NCBI RefSeq assembly: GCF_018977255.1
Contig: NW_024704748.1
Span: forward strand, 25,978,001 to 26,042,000
Direction: 5' to 3'
DNA: 64,000 nt
Source: Callorhinchus milii
Taxonomy: Eukaryota
Shown: positions 26,715-40,749 of the stretch, piece by piece
How the letters are laid out: every line of letters starts with the position of its first letter
Numbering within the stretch: position 1 is the first letter of the stretch
Notes under the pieces: generated by a model
Database searches by the model: none
Seen by the model: the letters and a program-made list of their open reading frames with translations, nothing else
Told to the model about the DNA's origin: nothing
Position numbers and translations under genes: made by a program

Positions 26715-29700
26715 ATGACTCAAGTTAGCATTGTAAGACCAGCGTCACATCTAGGGGTATCAGCCAGATTTCCCGAAATACCACATCCCTTGTCCAGGCT
26801 GGGCAATCCTGAAACGATTTTGATCCACGGAGTTTCCCAGCTTTCAGTCCGGGAATCGGTTGCTGGAAGATCCCCCCTTACAAAGAGCAGGCACCTGAAA
26901 CTTAGTGAGCGTACTTCCTCCAGAAGGAAGGAATCTGCATCGGATAACATTTACCCAGAGGTTGGAAAAGAGGACCTGGAGAATTGGAGAAAGTTGGATC
27001 GTTGGATTAATCTCAGTAAGTGAAGATATGAAGTGAATATCAATAGGTGCCTGAATGGTAACTGATCTAACAAGCAGAGGGGAGGGTATCCCAGGGGCTC
27101 AATTTTGCAGAGAACAAATTGGAAGCAGAAATGATTGTTTGCTTCAAGAACAAATTAGATAGATTTCTGCTAGAAAATAATAGCTCGGGATACGGTATAT
27201 GGTTTGGGACCCAACATGACATGACTGCCAGGATGGTGGAAAGCGAACTAGATGGCCCTAGTTAGCTCGGGATTCCCACTGATTTTGCCCAGCAAATTCT
27301 TATGTTCTTATGTTCTTTAACAATATTAATTGCAAATAGTAAATAGAAGTGTGCATAAGGGGCAGGGGATAATCTCTCAGAAAATGTTCTTTGACGGTTT
27401 GCGCTCTTATGTCTGTTCTTTCAAACCTTCCTCCTATTCCGTGTATGTGAGCCTTCCTCTGACCTCCATCGCAGGCTTTTGTCAATTTACAATGAATGTT
27501 TCCTTGGATTTTTTTAAAAAAAGTGACATTTCTATCTTTGCCTGACATTAGTTAGCACTTCTAATCCTCCTGAATACTATGGAGACCTGTAGCTCAGCAA
27601 TTACAGCGCTCGCCTTGCAAGCGAGAAACCTGGGTGCGATTCCCGGCAGGGCAAAACCCTGGGCAAGTTTCCTTACTCCACACGCCTGATAATAATCCCT
27701 CAAGAAAAAAACAATAATAAAATTGGTCACTTCAATCCACAACTGTTTGTGGGACGCTGCCGGCGCAATTGGCTGCCGCGTTTCGCCCACAACTATACAA
27801 TCAATTCACTTTACAGGATATTCTGTGGAGCGCTTTGAGACGTCTCGAAGACTTGCAAAGCGCTGTGTCAAATGCCAGGGTTATTATATATTACAATGGG
27901 AGCAATTACTGTGAGTTGAAGACTAACAGAGCTGGCAGAGCTGGGTTTTTGATTTCCAATATTTACTTCCACAATAGCAAATGGGAGTAAACATAACACG
28001 CGAGAGGTTAAGCTTTATCTACACCATCGACGGCACATTCTGGTGAATGACCGAATGATAGGAAGACCTAAAGAGATTAAAACGGGCCATTAGCACACAC
28101 TCACACACACACACGCACACACAGTATAGGAGTGATGTACAGAAATAAAAGTGCAATTAAATTGGCAAGGCAGAATATATATGGGTTACCCAACACTCAG
28201 AACATTTATTTACGTATTTTCTTTGTGGTTATCAGAAAAGTGTTGGGCCAGTGGACCTAGAATAACTGATGAGGACGATGAGACAGTTTTCTCGTCAAGG
28301 CCTGGAACCCAGATGAGACTCCAGGTAGATGAGGTGAGCAATTATGGAGCTACTGTTCATTTCTTTAGCTTAACGAAGGCCAGTGGTCCTGTTGTAATTC
28401 CATACAAAACATCCTCCCTGCCTCCTTTGGCTCAGGGTCTTAGCCAGAAGCAATAAGCACTCTGAGACACATGAGAGGCACTGATGTAAATGTAAAATAT
28501 ATTGTGTACGAAATGTTAACTCGGGATTCCCACTGATTTTGCCCATTGATCTGAGGGAAAGTCACGGCAGTTCCATTAGAAAAAAGGATCTGGGAATTTG
28601 CCACAGAGCTATTATTTTAAGACATATATTGCTGAGGCGGAGAACTCAGCTTCGAATGCTTGTTAAATGGAAGACTCAACGCATTCTACTTGACCACTTA
28701 ATTGAGAAGAGGTTCACAACGGGTGCGTTTAAGCATCAACAACAACAACTTGCACTTACACAGCGCAAGGGTAGGGTCCCAGAGCGCTTGGGAGTGGCGG
28801 AGCACGATGCCGAGCCGGGAGGGGGAGGCGGGAGGTGACGGTAGGCACGGTCGAAGGGGAAGGTCTTCAGGCGCGACCTGAAGATGGGGAAGGAAGGGGG
28901 CAAGGCGGAGGGATAGAGAAAGAGCGTTCAGTGGAGAAACATTTAGTGGTGCTTGGTTGAAAAAATTCTCCCCACCTCCTTTGGCTCCCAGCCCCAGCTC
29001 GGGGACCTAGCGATAAACACTCTGAGTCATTCAACCTCTTGAATATACCCCAACTCTCCTGTTTGGTTTTGCAGCTTGAATATCTTCTGCGACAGAAGAT
29101 CAAATCTGGCGGATTCTACACTTTACGGCAACTCTTTCAAGCAAACGACCCCAATGGCAGGGGTCAGGTGACAAGGTGAAGCACTTTTCTTTAACAATGT
29201 CACGTCTGGTCATTGCTCCTCCGAGCAAATTTGATCAAACTTTTACTTTAATCAAAGAAAAAAGTTTTTTGGGGGAAGATAATATAACAAATTATTTTTA
29301 ACCTGTTAAACCTGCAGGGGTTAGGTCTCTTTTCAACAAGGTAAACTGAATACATTGCAATATTTAAAATACTGAGACATAAAAATATTAACAATAATAA
29401 TCTTGATATGTGGTATAGCGCCTTTCACATCGGGAGGACATCCCACAAAGATTCCCCGGATATCATGTGAAGTGTTGTGAATGTGAAGGGCGCAGTGTAA
29501 ATGCAAGTTGTTGTTGTTGTTGTTGTACTTAATCTACCGCAATTCACAGGAAAAGGTACGAATGAATAGTTCAATCTCTTTTTCTTTCTCAACTCTGTGT
29601 GCACTGCAGAGAAGTGTTGCTGATAATTCTAACTCGATTTCTGGGAAGATTCATTACTGCAAAGCTGTTTCATCATCTTTTACTTAGGTACGTTGGATTC

Positions 29701-32700
29701 TTTGTTGGATTCGTTCATTCTTTCTAATAATAATAATAATCCTTGCACTTGATACAGTGCCTTATCACGTCTTTGCACTGGAAAGCGAATTGACTGTACA
29801 TTTTGTGGGCAAAACGTCTTTCACCAATCATTTTTTGTGTTGCTGATTGAGTAAGGTATACTGTTTGTTCTTTACCACTTGTCTTATTGCAGACTTAAAC
29901 TTAACGAAAAGCCCATCATCACATACGAAGACTTTTACGTGCACTTTAAAGAACAGGAACCTAAAGGATACCCAACGTGGATGGATCCTGTAAAGGGATC
30001 TCAAGAGAACAGAAAGATGAGCGCAACTCAAGTTCATTTGCAACTGAAGGCAATGGTTAGCGAGAGGTATTGTCCAGACGCATTCGAGATACATGACAGA
30101 TCACCGGGGCGGGAATTACAGGTACACGTTTCAGCTACAGGGAGACTCGCTCGATACAGCGGTCAACAGTGAATGTCTGGGGTAAATCTTCAGAAATTGT
30201 AACGATGGAACTGAACAGGAACCGCATTATACCGTAATGTGACACGTCACAGGGCAGCAGGTTGTGCTTTTTGGAAGATGGAAGAAGCCTCTATTTTTCT
30301 CAAGGAAGCCATCAATCCCACTGCTGCGACTCGCTCAACATATCGACTTTGTTTGAATTTCAGGCCGTGGGAACTGAGGGCTCTTTTCAACAAGATGGAA
30401 AATGGCAGAATGCAGCCGCTGGAATTTCAGAAGCTCCTGCACCGGCTCGGAATGGAAACGGAACACGAGGAATTCATGAAACTGTTGAAGCGGTAACTAT
30501 TATTATTGTCAGTATCTGTCATATCAATTCAACAGAGTGGTAATGTAACAATATATAATAATAATCCTTACATTTGTTACAATCGTATAAATAATTCTTG
30601 CATTTGACATAGAGCCTTCGAGACGTCTCAAAGCGCTTCCCAGAATATACTGTAAAGTGAATTGACTGTGTATTTTGTGGGCGAAACGCGACAGCCAATT
30701 GCGCACAGCAGTGTCCCACAAACAGTTGTGGATTAAGTGACCACATTTTTTATTATTATTTTTTAAGGCTTATTAGCCTCAGAAATAATAATCCCTCCAA
30801 AAACAACAAAAAAAACAATAATAAATTGGTCATTTTCAATCTACGACTGTTTGTGGGACATTGCTGTGCGCAATTGGCTGCCACGTTCGCCCACAAATAT
30901 ACAGTCAATTCACTTTACAGTGTGTTCTGTGAAGCGCTTTGGGACGTCCTCCCGACGTGAAAAGCGCTATATCAAATGCAAGCATTATTACTATTATTAG
31001 AAAGCAATCCACCAATCGACTAACAACCGGGTTCCTACTGTACTGCTAGGTAAACGGAGTTAAAGCGCATCACATGTCGGCAGAACGTCTCAAGGTGCTT
31101 CAATTCCTCCGTATTTGTGCCATTATTTCCATCAGTGTGATGAAATACGCATTCTACACGTGCCGACAAGCGCTACACTCGACAGCACCTGTGAGGTGCT
31201 TGGGATGGTCTGACATTAATGGCCCTACATTGAGTATGAGGATTGTTAAACGTTTTTGCTGTTTTAAACTGGTGTCGTTAAACTACACACAGTTCTCCCC
31301 ACACAAAAAAAGCAGAAGAGCTTTTACTCTTTCTCTCATCAGTTGAGCTAAGTTCTGCTGAATTCTTTTTCCTTTCTCGCCGCAGGTATGACCCGGGCAA
31401 TCTTGGTGCTGTGCAAGCTCGGATCCTGATGAGAGCTTTGGGCTTCCAAACTGGAGCTGAGTGTCGGGAAGGATGGAAGTCAGTCCTTTCAGCATCTGGC
31501 AGGATAACAAAAGGTAATGTATCACAAGATGGAGCCAAATGTGCACAGAAGTGTTTCCATATTAGAATTGAGACAGAAAAAAAATCATATACTTCAAAAA
31601 TGTTAGCGTTAGAGACACCAAAATTGTGGCTTACTGGTCCTCCTGTCTTTACTTTCCCCTTCCACGTACGTGCGTGCGCGTGCGTGTGTGTGTGTGTATG
31701 CGAACATGTTTGTGCGTGTATCCGCGCTGTTTTAACGTATGTTAAGATATACCTTGTCGTGCATTCACATTCAGGCTCCTCGAGAAGAAGAAGCTGGACA
31801 AAAGCAGAAATGGAGAGAAAACTGACGCTGGATATCGAAAACTGGCTGAAGGAAAAGTTTAGGGAGGGTTTTAAGCGTATGATGGCAGAATTCTATTCCT
31901 TTGACCAAGATAATTCTCAAATGGTAATGGAGTGCCCCAGGCAGTACAATGAGTATCTAATGATAATAATCCTTGCATTTGATATAGCGCCTTATCACGT
32001 CTTCAAGACGTCTCAAAGCGCTTCGCAGAATATACTGTAAAGTGAATTGACTGTATGTTTTGAGGGCGGTTTTATTAGGAAGGAGCTGTCCGTGTCAAAA
32101 TGTTGCTGAATCGATATCGTCGAGAGTTAAGTACACACTCAGATACTTCTCTAGTTGCTCTGCTGCAGATGCCTGTTAGAGAAGTCCTTCAGTCTGAGCG
32201 AGGAAGAGTCAGAAAGCTCAAAATAAGCCGTGGAAATCTTCCCATGTCGTGAATCCAGCCCTCGCATGAGATATTAAACCGTCAAATGGGCATTAAAAAT
32301 ATAAATTGGCCGCAGCATTTCGGCCACAAAATATACAGTCACTGCACTTTACTGCACTTTACAGTGTATTCTGTGAAGCGCTTTGAGATGTGATAAGGTG
32401 CTATATCAAATGCAAGGATTATTTTTTTTAAAAAAAACACAGTTTGGTGCAAATGGAAAACTCCAAAATGTTACGTTTGTTTGTTTTTTAACCGCCTCAA
32501 TTTGATTGGTTTGGAGTGGAGATATATAACGTCCATGTTTCACATCACTGGGGGAGCCAACGGACTTGATTCCCAGCAGTATAAGCACAGCATAAGATTG
32601 AGGTGCGTGTCAGAGTAATGGAGGAAACCATGTGTCTGATTCACAATATAGTCGAGAGCTCGATCCAGACAAAAGCATCATTCCCAGAAGGTTTTAGAAA

Positions 32701-35700
32701 TGCTGATAACCAGATGTTGTGTCTTTTCAAAAATCTTGTTTTTACTGCTTGTAAAACTGAATCACATCCAAACTGTGAACCCCCCCACCCACCACTCTCC
32801 CCCCCCACCCCACTCTCTCCACCCCCCCACTCTTCCCCAGAATATTTGTCAAACCACCATAGCTTCGTTATTCAGCCTCATGGACATTGTCCCAACCAGT
32901 GTTGCTTCTACTGAGAGTCTGTTCCAGCGTTAACGGCCCTGAAATAATATACGAGTCAGTTCACCCAATTCTATGATTATACCATCCATCAAAGGTTACA
33001 AGAGAAATCTTCTTACGTGTACTGGAGAAATTCAAGCTTCGACTCAAAGAGGAGCAACTAGATACTTTCCTAGTTCGCTGTGGCCTTCAAGAAGGTGCTC
33101 CCTTTGTCAACTACATGGAATTTCTCCATAAGTTTCAAGACAGGAGTGAGAAACGGGTGCCTCACAGGATCATATCTGACGTAAATCACAGGTGGGTTTC
33201 ACGGGCAAATTCAAGCGCTCTTAAGATGGCATCATTCTTGTGATGTAGCACCTTTGCCGAACAGCGCAAACAGCTGCGATTGCTATGATTGTACATTAAT
33301 ACAATTAAACCATAATTCCTATAATTATCATTTCAAGATGAACCCTCTGATAATTTGGGATTATTAACAAATAAATGCGTACAAGATGTTGGTTAGGCTG
33401 CAATTAGAGCACTGCTTGCAGTTCTGGGCACCCTGTGAATTGACAGTATATTTTGTATACTGTGAAAGGTATCAAGACATGGTGAGGATCCAGTCTAGGT
33501 TCACACCCAATGAATCCAAAGGCAAGAGGTTAGTTACACTTATGAGGATAGGGTTGAATAACTGAGGATCTATTAGACATATTCTGAAAAGGTATGGAGG
33601 ATGGAGCAGGGTTAGGGAAAGAGCATGGAGTTGGGGTTAGAGTGGGTCTATCCAATGGAGGAGTTAGCACCAGCATTGAATCGATTGAATCAAGGCTTCC
33701 TTCCTTCTGTGCTGTAAATTCTATAACGCTGTGATTAACAGCTGCTCATTGTTTCGAATAGATTTAACAAACTCGGAAGTGTTGGCCCACAATCAACAAT
33801 CACTGCGTTGGAGACAAAGCTAATAAACCTTTTCCAGTCTGACTTCCTTTCCCTGTTGGGAATTTTTCAGTAAGCAATATGTTTCATTTTTTTTTTGGCA
33901 TCGATGTTTTGCTATTCTTATAACACTGTGCAAACTGAAGGATTTTCCACGGATTAAAAATCTTTGCCCGTGCAGTTGTGAAGTGTTGCTATTATTTTGC
34001 TTGACAGCAAATTTGACAACCAGAGACTGGATGTGATCAACCAGCAAGTATTCTGGACGATCCTAAAAAGCAGGTAAAATTTTTTCATTCTTTAATGGTT
34101 TATTCCTGAATGGTTTATTCTTTAATGGAGTCCTGTAGCGTAATGGTTAGAGCACTCGCCTCGCAAGTGAGAGGACCTAGGTTCGACTCCCAGGCAGGGC
34201 GAAACATTAGGCAAGTTTCCTTACTCCACACACCTCTGTTTACTTAGTAGTAAGTAGGAACCCAGTTGTTAATCGATTGGTGGATCACTTTTCCGGGGCT
34301 TCACAAAAAATAATAATAATTTGGTCACTCAATCCATGACTGTGCACAATTGGCTGCCATGTTTTGCCCACAAAATATAGTCAATTAACTTTACAGTATA
34401 TTCTGTGAAGTGTTTGAGATGTCTGAACACTTGATAAGGCGCTATATCAAATGCAAGGATTATTATCATTATTATTTTACTTTTATGCCAAGTTTCTATC
34501 TCCTATTTCACTTGGAAGCACTGCAGTATTACCAGGAAGAGTAAAAGAGCTTTGTGATTAAGTAAACCACACTTTTGAACGCTCAATAGAAGCTGTTGAT
34601 GGCAACCCAACCAATGAAGGAGCAAGTCTAACGGGTATTATCCCCTTGTTTCCTTGCAAGGTTTGGCATTCATATGTCTGATGAAGAAATGAGTTATTTC
34701 ACGGATAGGATGCCACTTGATGCCAAAGGCAATGTAAAATACCTTGAATTCATGGCCATGTTCGACAGCAGGTAAGTGGATACCTGCTGTAAGGTGCAGT
34801 TTGGGAGTTGGTATACAGGGAGTGAATATCATCATAAACCATCATCTAACATCCAGCAGATTCCTCACCCCGATTCCGACTTTAATAAGAAACTGTGCAT
34901 TTAAGCATAATTATTATAAATAATAAATTCAGTAACCGGTCTATGAGTGCAGTCCTGCATCTCAGTGGTTAGAGCACTCGCCTCACAAGCGAGAGGACCT
35001 GGGTTTGATTCCGGGCAGGGCGAAACGTTGGGCAAGCTTTCTTACTCCACACGCCTCTGTTTACCTAGCAGTAAGTAGGAACCCGGTTGTTAGTCGATTG
35101 GTGGATTGCTTTTCCAACGCTTCACAAAAAATAATAATAATTTGGTCACTCAATCCACGACTGATTGTGAGACACTACTGTGCACAATTGGCATGTGTCT
35201 TCATTACTCGACAGCAAAGGTGCAAAAAGTCTGTTGGATGACAAGTCTATCATGACACATCACCGCAAAGCATGGCCACAAAGTAATTCTCTAAGGACTG
35301 GTACTTCTGAATCAATAAATAAAGTGCACAGTTCAAAAAGGACCACTGACCAGGTAAACATTGCTATTTTATACTTAAAGCTATACAGTTCTGTAAGGAT
35401 AAAGTGGACCCAGGACAAGATAATGAAATGCTATATCAAATGCGAGGATTATTATTATATATTACATCAACGACATGTGTCTCCTTTACATCAAACAGAC
35501 ATCAAACAGGAACAAGTGGATGGATTCAATTTATTCTAATTCTGTTAATTCACTTTACAGTATATTCCGTGAAGCTCTTTGAGACGTCTCGGAGACGTGA
35601 TAAGGCGCTGTATCAAATGGAAGGATTATTATTATTATTATTATTATTATTATTGGCTGCTGCATTCGCCTACAAAAAACAGAGACACTACTTTATGATA

Positions 35701-37907
35701 ATTCCCATGAAGGGCTCTGAGATGTCCTCCCGACGCTGTAACAAGTGCAAGATTTATTTCTTGTTTTAGATGATATACACAGTAAGAACATTACCAGAGC
35801 CTTGGGATGTGAAAGGCGCTATACAATCGTTGTTCTTTGAGCAAAGTTAAGTTGTGTCTTACTGCCTAATTCACCTCTCCTTTCACTTCAGATCACTAAA
35901 ATAATACATGATCTCTTGAAGAAAAACTACCGAGCAGTGGAAGAAGCTTTAACTGAACTGGATGGAATGAATACACATCGACTTTCCCCAGAATCTACGT
36001 ACCAGCTACTTAAGCGGTTCAGGAGACGTTCCTTATTACAATTAACATTCACTGAATTTTCAATAGCCGCAATTTTTTTTTCTCAGATACTTGCTGATGA
36101 GAGCGTATATTGTCTTCCACAGCTTTGACATTCATCCGTTCATCTCGAGAGCTGAAGTCAGGAAACTCTGGAGGACTTTAAGCACCAGTCAGGACGATAC
36201 ATTGGATTTCTATGAATTTGTCCGACACTTTAGATTCTCGCCCAAAACAGCCTGCTTCCCAAACGCCAGACTACAGCCTCCAGTAAAAGGAGACGGCGAC
36301 TTTCTCATTCGATCGAGAAAGTTAAACTGTGACGCAGAAATCGTTGAGGATAGCCTGCGAGCTAAAGTTGAGTGAATTCCTTTAGGAAATTATTTTTTTT
36401 TTCACCTGTTATTATCCGGAGATGATAATAATAATCCTTGCATTTGATATAGCTTTTTATCGTGATGTTGAGATGTCTCAAAGCGCTTCACAGAATACAC
36501 TGTAAATTGACTGTATATTTTTGTGGGTGAAACGCAGCAGCCAATCGCACTCAGCAGCGTCCCACAAACAGTCAAGGATTGAGTGACCAAATTATTATTA
36601 TTATTATTTTTTTGAAGGGATCATTACCCCTAGAAAAGTGAACCGCTAATCAACTAACAACCAGGTTCCTACTTACTGATTGGTAAACAGCAGTGTGTGG
36701 ATTAAGGAAACTTGCCCAATGTTTCGCTCTGCCCGGGAATCGAACCCGGGTCCTCTTGCTTGCGAGGCAAGTGTTCTAACCACTGAGCTACAGGGCTCCA
36801 CAATATCAACTTTTAATTACCTAATCAGCCTGCTAATTACCTAAGCTTCTCTCTTGTCAAAGGTTGTCTTCTTGCTGGAGCAGCTTTGGAAACACTTCCA
36901 TGAGTTGGACCAGTTTCACACGGGCTTTGTGAGCAAAGAGGAATTTAAGGACGTCCTCACAGACCTGTGTGTGGAGCTGAATGAGCAGGAGTGTGAAACG
37001 CTCATCAGCAAGTATAACCATGGAGAGAACAGGTTCGTTAATAATAATCCCTGCATTGCCCGGGAGAGGATGTTTCAAAACCTTTCAGGGGATTTACTGT
37101 GAAGCGAAGTGACTGTGTGCTTTGTAGACAAACCTGGCAGCCAATTTGTGCACAGCAAAGTCATGTTGCATTCTGGAATTTAGTGATACACAGTTTTTAT
37201 TAAAATATTCACATTCCCCTTGTTTAGGATATCTTACCTTGAGTTTCTTCGGCCTTTCGAAGTACGTAGGAAATCTCCCAGGCTCGGCAATTTAAAGAAA
37301 CAGAAAGATGTGCCTTTGCCCACTGTGTACACAGACTCGGTGCACAAAGGCCTGAACATCATCACAGGGAAACTTCGGCAAAAGGTAAGACACCATACAG
37401 CGCAGTTTATCCTTGAATTTACCTTGAGTTCCCAAAAGTGCAACGGCTGGGATGAGGTGGAGCCTTATTTCTAGATTAAATATGATCGATTGTGATCCTG
37501 TGTCAGATTTCTTACCATCTTTTCCACTCAAACTTGCGTCTTGATGTGGTGCTGGCTATCTTACGATTATGCTACTTGTTTTAGATTTACCACCGGCTTT
37601 AATCCCCCCGTTTTCCTCAATACAGCGCAACTTATTATGAGATAAATACTGAACAATGCTGGAGCTTTCCCTTTGTTTTCTATTGCAGTTGGCCGATGAC
37701 TGGAAGATACTCCAAGGAGCGTGTAAAAAGCTGGATTGTCGCAGCTCGGGATATCTCAGTGTGCCCGAATTCCGATCTGTTCTCCAGCTCTGTAACATAA
37801 TCTTGGAGGAAGATGAAATTTATCACATCATGTCGAAATGTGATGAAGACACAGTTGGTAAAATCGACTACTCGAAATTGATCAGCAAACTTTTCAAGGG
37901 CACATGA
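26715..37907 (+). CDS. Multi-EF-hand protein, EFCAB6-like (~877 aa, 18 coding exons)
   Basis: Exons 26715-26960, 28241-28333, 29075-29175, 29610-29687, 29893-30066, 30364-30492, 31386-31513, 31775-31923, 32995-33191, 33762-33869, 34008-34073, 34661-34771, 35215-35353, 35892-36016, 36123-36366, 36863-37032, 37228-37384, 37689-37907 join in frame (2634 nt). Repeated degenerate EF-hand pairs: [85 protein letters not shown]. The first junction is the least certain. Confidence 0.8.
27120..27317 (+). mobile_element. CR1-type LINE 3' end with (TTCTTATG)n terminus
   Basis: Encodes FKNKLDRFL and ends in an octamer terminal repeat. A related copy lies at 58915-59090. Confidence 0.75.
27579..27890 (+). 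mobile_element. Near full-length SINE
   Basis: tRNA head, body and tail. Confidence 0.85.
28735..28925 (-). mobile_element. L2 3' fragment
   Basis: Reverse complement of an L2 tail; (CAA)n at its end. Confidence 0.6.
30560..31060. mobile_element. Nested SINEs: a young + copy (about 30781-30998) inserted into an older - copy
   Basis: The older copy resumes colinearly after the inserted tail. Confidence 0.8.
34126..34475 (+). mobile_element. Full-length SINE, long subfamily
   Basis: tRNA head through to the tail. Confidence 0.85.
34948..35192 (+). mobile_element. 3'-truncated SINE ending just before the exon acceptor at 35214
   Basis: Head and body only. Confidence 0.8.
36424..36800 (-). 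mobile_element. Full-length SINE, long subfamily
   Basis: tRNA head through to the tail. Confidence 0.88.
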
Positions 37908-38485
37908 ACATCTGTCACTGTATTAATTTAGCACATTGTGCTACATTCTAGATTGATTGGCAATGTAGTGTGTTCTTTACCTTGTTTTAAGCGCCTCGGG
38001 GCACTATCCTGCGTGAAGGGCGCTACATAAATGCAAGTTGTTGTTGTTGTTTTAATTGTTTTGTACCAAGACCGGAAGGGATCGGAAATCTTTTGGTAAC
38101 GCAGTGGCGATCTTTCCTTTTGCAGTTGGCAAGTTACACTTCCACAATCTGTGCCTAAAGTATACAAAGTGATGGATAGACCTTGCTCTGTGGACGGCGT
38201 GTTGGGTATGTTATATCTTATTGCGTGACGCTGAGCTTGACGCTGATTTGAACACAAGTGAAACATCAAGAAATTCATTTGCACTTTAAACAACTCAAAA
38301 TAAGTTTACGCTGAGCGGGTGATTTCAAACGATATGGTCTTAAGCAAGTTTGAAAACATTTGGATGCCTTTTTATGAAATCACGTTAAGAAATGGAACCC
38401 CTCTGTTTCTAATACTTTGGTGGTAATGTGGGTTGCTTTTAATGGCCATAAAGGTGCGTGTAACTAAATGGATATTTTTAATTTG

Positions 38486-38491
38486 AATAAA
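38486..38491 (+). terminator. Candidate polyadenylation signal of the EFCAB6-like gene
   Basis: AATAAA followed by a GT-rich element (TGTGGTTTGCTGCGGTTG). Confidence 0.5.
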
Positions 38492-39277
38492 GCTTTTCTG
38501 TGGTTTGCTGCGGTTGGGAACGCTGTTTGACTCTATTAAACCCAGACTCGAAAAAGCTCAGTACTTTCTTGCGGAAGAAGTTTATTGCTTTTGACACATC
38601 AATTAAATTGCCTGCTGTGAAAATGAACAAGCTTAAAATGTACTACTGAGAGTGAAATGAATATTTAAAGCAGTAAAGAACCAACACTTTTTAATGTCTC
38701 AGCCTGTTGGATAAGATGACACAAAGACATCTGTGTATTAAGGAGCAGGCATTCAAGTGTTATGTTTGTTCTTTATTAGATTAATCATTTCTTTTTTACT
38801 TGTTCGTGTATTTCTTCTGTTTATCATGCAAATGCTAAGGGTTAAGAATACACCATCAAACCACTTTGCAGTATATTCTGTGAAGCGCTTTGAGATGCCT
38901 CAATGACGTGATAAGGCGCTATATCGAATGCACGGATTATTAATATGACGATTATTATTATTTAAAAGAGCTGAGTTTCTGAGGTTTAAAATAGACTGTT
39001 TTGTTTTGGCTTTGCACAACGTCTCAAGTTCCTTCCTTACCTGAAATCATCTATCTCTTGTGACAAGCTTGCCTACAAATGCAAATGTACTCGATTGTAA
39101 TGAGCTATGTTTTTCTGATCAGCAATAGCAAATTTCCACCTGTGTTTTTTTTGCTGATCTCGTCTGTTTCTGATCACCCTCATCTCCACCTGCCGGTGGT
39201 AAGAAGTTACTGCCAGGACAATTTATTTATTGGTCCAAAAGCTGATTGTGGCGTTCTGTACCGTATCGTAAGGTAAC

Positions 39278-39461
39278 GCAAGCGAGAGGACCTGGGTTCG
39301 ATTCCCGGGCAGGTCAGGGCCAAACATTGGACAAGTTTCCTTACTCCACACGCCTCTGTTCACCTCGCAGCAAGCGGGAATCCGGTTGATAGTTGCATGG
39401 CGGATCCCTTTTCCGGGGGTAATAATCCCTCCCCAAAAAAGGCGCTATAACAAATGCAAGG

Positions 39462-39499
<38 letters not shown>

Positions 39500-39500
39500 C
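39278..39500 (+). mobile_element. Internally deleted SINE with a long (TTA)n tail
   Basis: The head/body jumps directly to GGCGCTATAACAAATGCAAGG. Confidence 0.75.
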
Positions 39501-40749
39501 ACTATTCAGAAAGAGCAGATATTTCAGTTACAATTAACAGCTGACCTTCAGGTAGCTTTATTCAGTGAATTTATCAGGCGAGGATAAAGAGCTTTGCTAT
39601 CAGAAAATAAGTAAGAAATAAATGCTGAATACAATAAGATAATTAGAAACCCATTGACTTCAATGGACTCCTCTTATGTGTTTGTACTCCAGCTCCTATT
39701 ATTTTGCTGTTATTTTGCACTTCTGGGGAATAATTAGGGAAGTTCTTGTCAGTGACACCCAATCTCAGACTGCCATAAATTGATGCAGTTACTAACCTAT
39801 GTACCCAACGTACCTTTAAAGAAGTGTGATTAAACTTTGTCTTTTCATATCTTTGATATCTTAATAGGAAGCAGTGAGTTTATTTTTTATGTGTGATGGA
39901 CATGTCTTCTGTGAAAAGTAAAGGAAATCTATTTATTCTTATCCAGGAAAATCCAATTATAATAATATAATAATAATAATCCTTGCATTTGATACAGCGC
40001 CTTACCACGTCTTTGAGACGTCTCAAAGCGCTTCACAGAATATACTGTAAAGTGAATTGACTGTGTATTTTGTGGGAAAAACAGTTATCCATGAAAAAGG
40101 AACCTTTAGTTTTTTTTAATCCACTGTGTTATTGTACGCATGATTAATCCCCGATTTCCCATTGGGTTCTCCTTGTCTTAAACCTCTTCCAGCTATAAGA
40201 TTGCAGATTATATTGTGGTGCTCTCTGTGGCTTCGGTAGCTAATACACTCTGCGCAGAATTAACAGGGGACATCTTTGTTCCTGAGATCAGCGATGGGTC
40301 AGGTTCCATTCCTCCTGACCTCGCCCTCACAGTGGGACGAAAAACATTATGACGTGCCTGTTTTAGCAGCCCAGCTGAGAGTTGACCTGGATTTGTATGT
40401 CACAGCCTTCAACACATCTCAGCTCTTGACAACTATTTAGCTTCCCTTTTGATGAGGGTTAATATATAATGCATCTGGGTGGGTGAGTTACTAGGCTGTA
40501 ATTGCAGGATATGAAATTCAATTGAGCCCTATTTTATACAGTGCACCCCATTCTATATAATGTAATATTTCTTTATCAACCAGCCTGATTGATGCTTCAT
40601 TTTATTGGTATATTAAGGCAAGTTCTCTGCTTGCATTTACACTGGAGACTTAGTGTACAGTGTTCGACTGCCTTGCAATTGGCAGACAGAAGCTATTTAC
40701 TTCCATGTGTCGGGGCAGGTTCAAGTTCAGGCCTCGGCATAAAAATAAC

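Noticed and set aside
27381-27442. Possible extra EFCAB6-like exon ([20 protein letters not shown])
   Set aside because: Not needed to keep the frame, has a weak acceptor, and has no recognisable homology. It cannot be excluded without RNA data.
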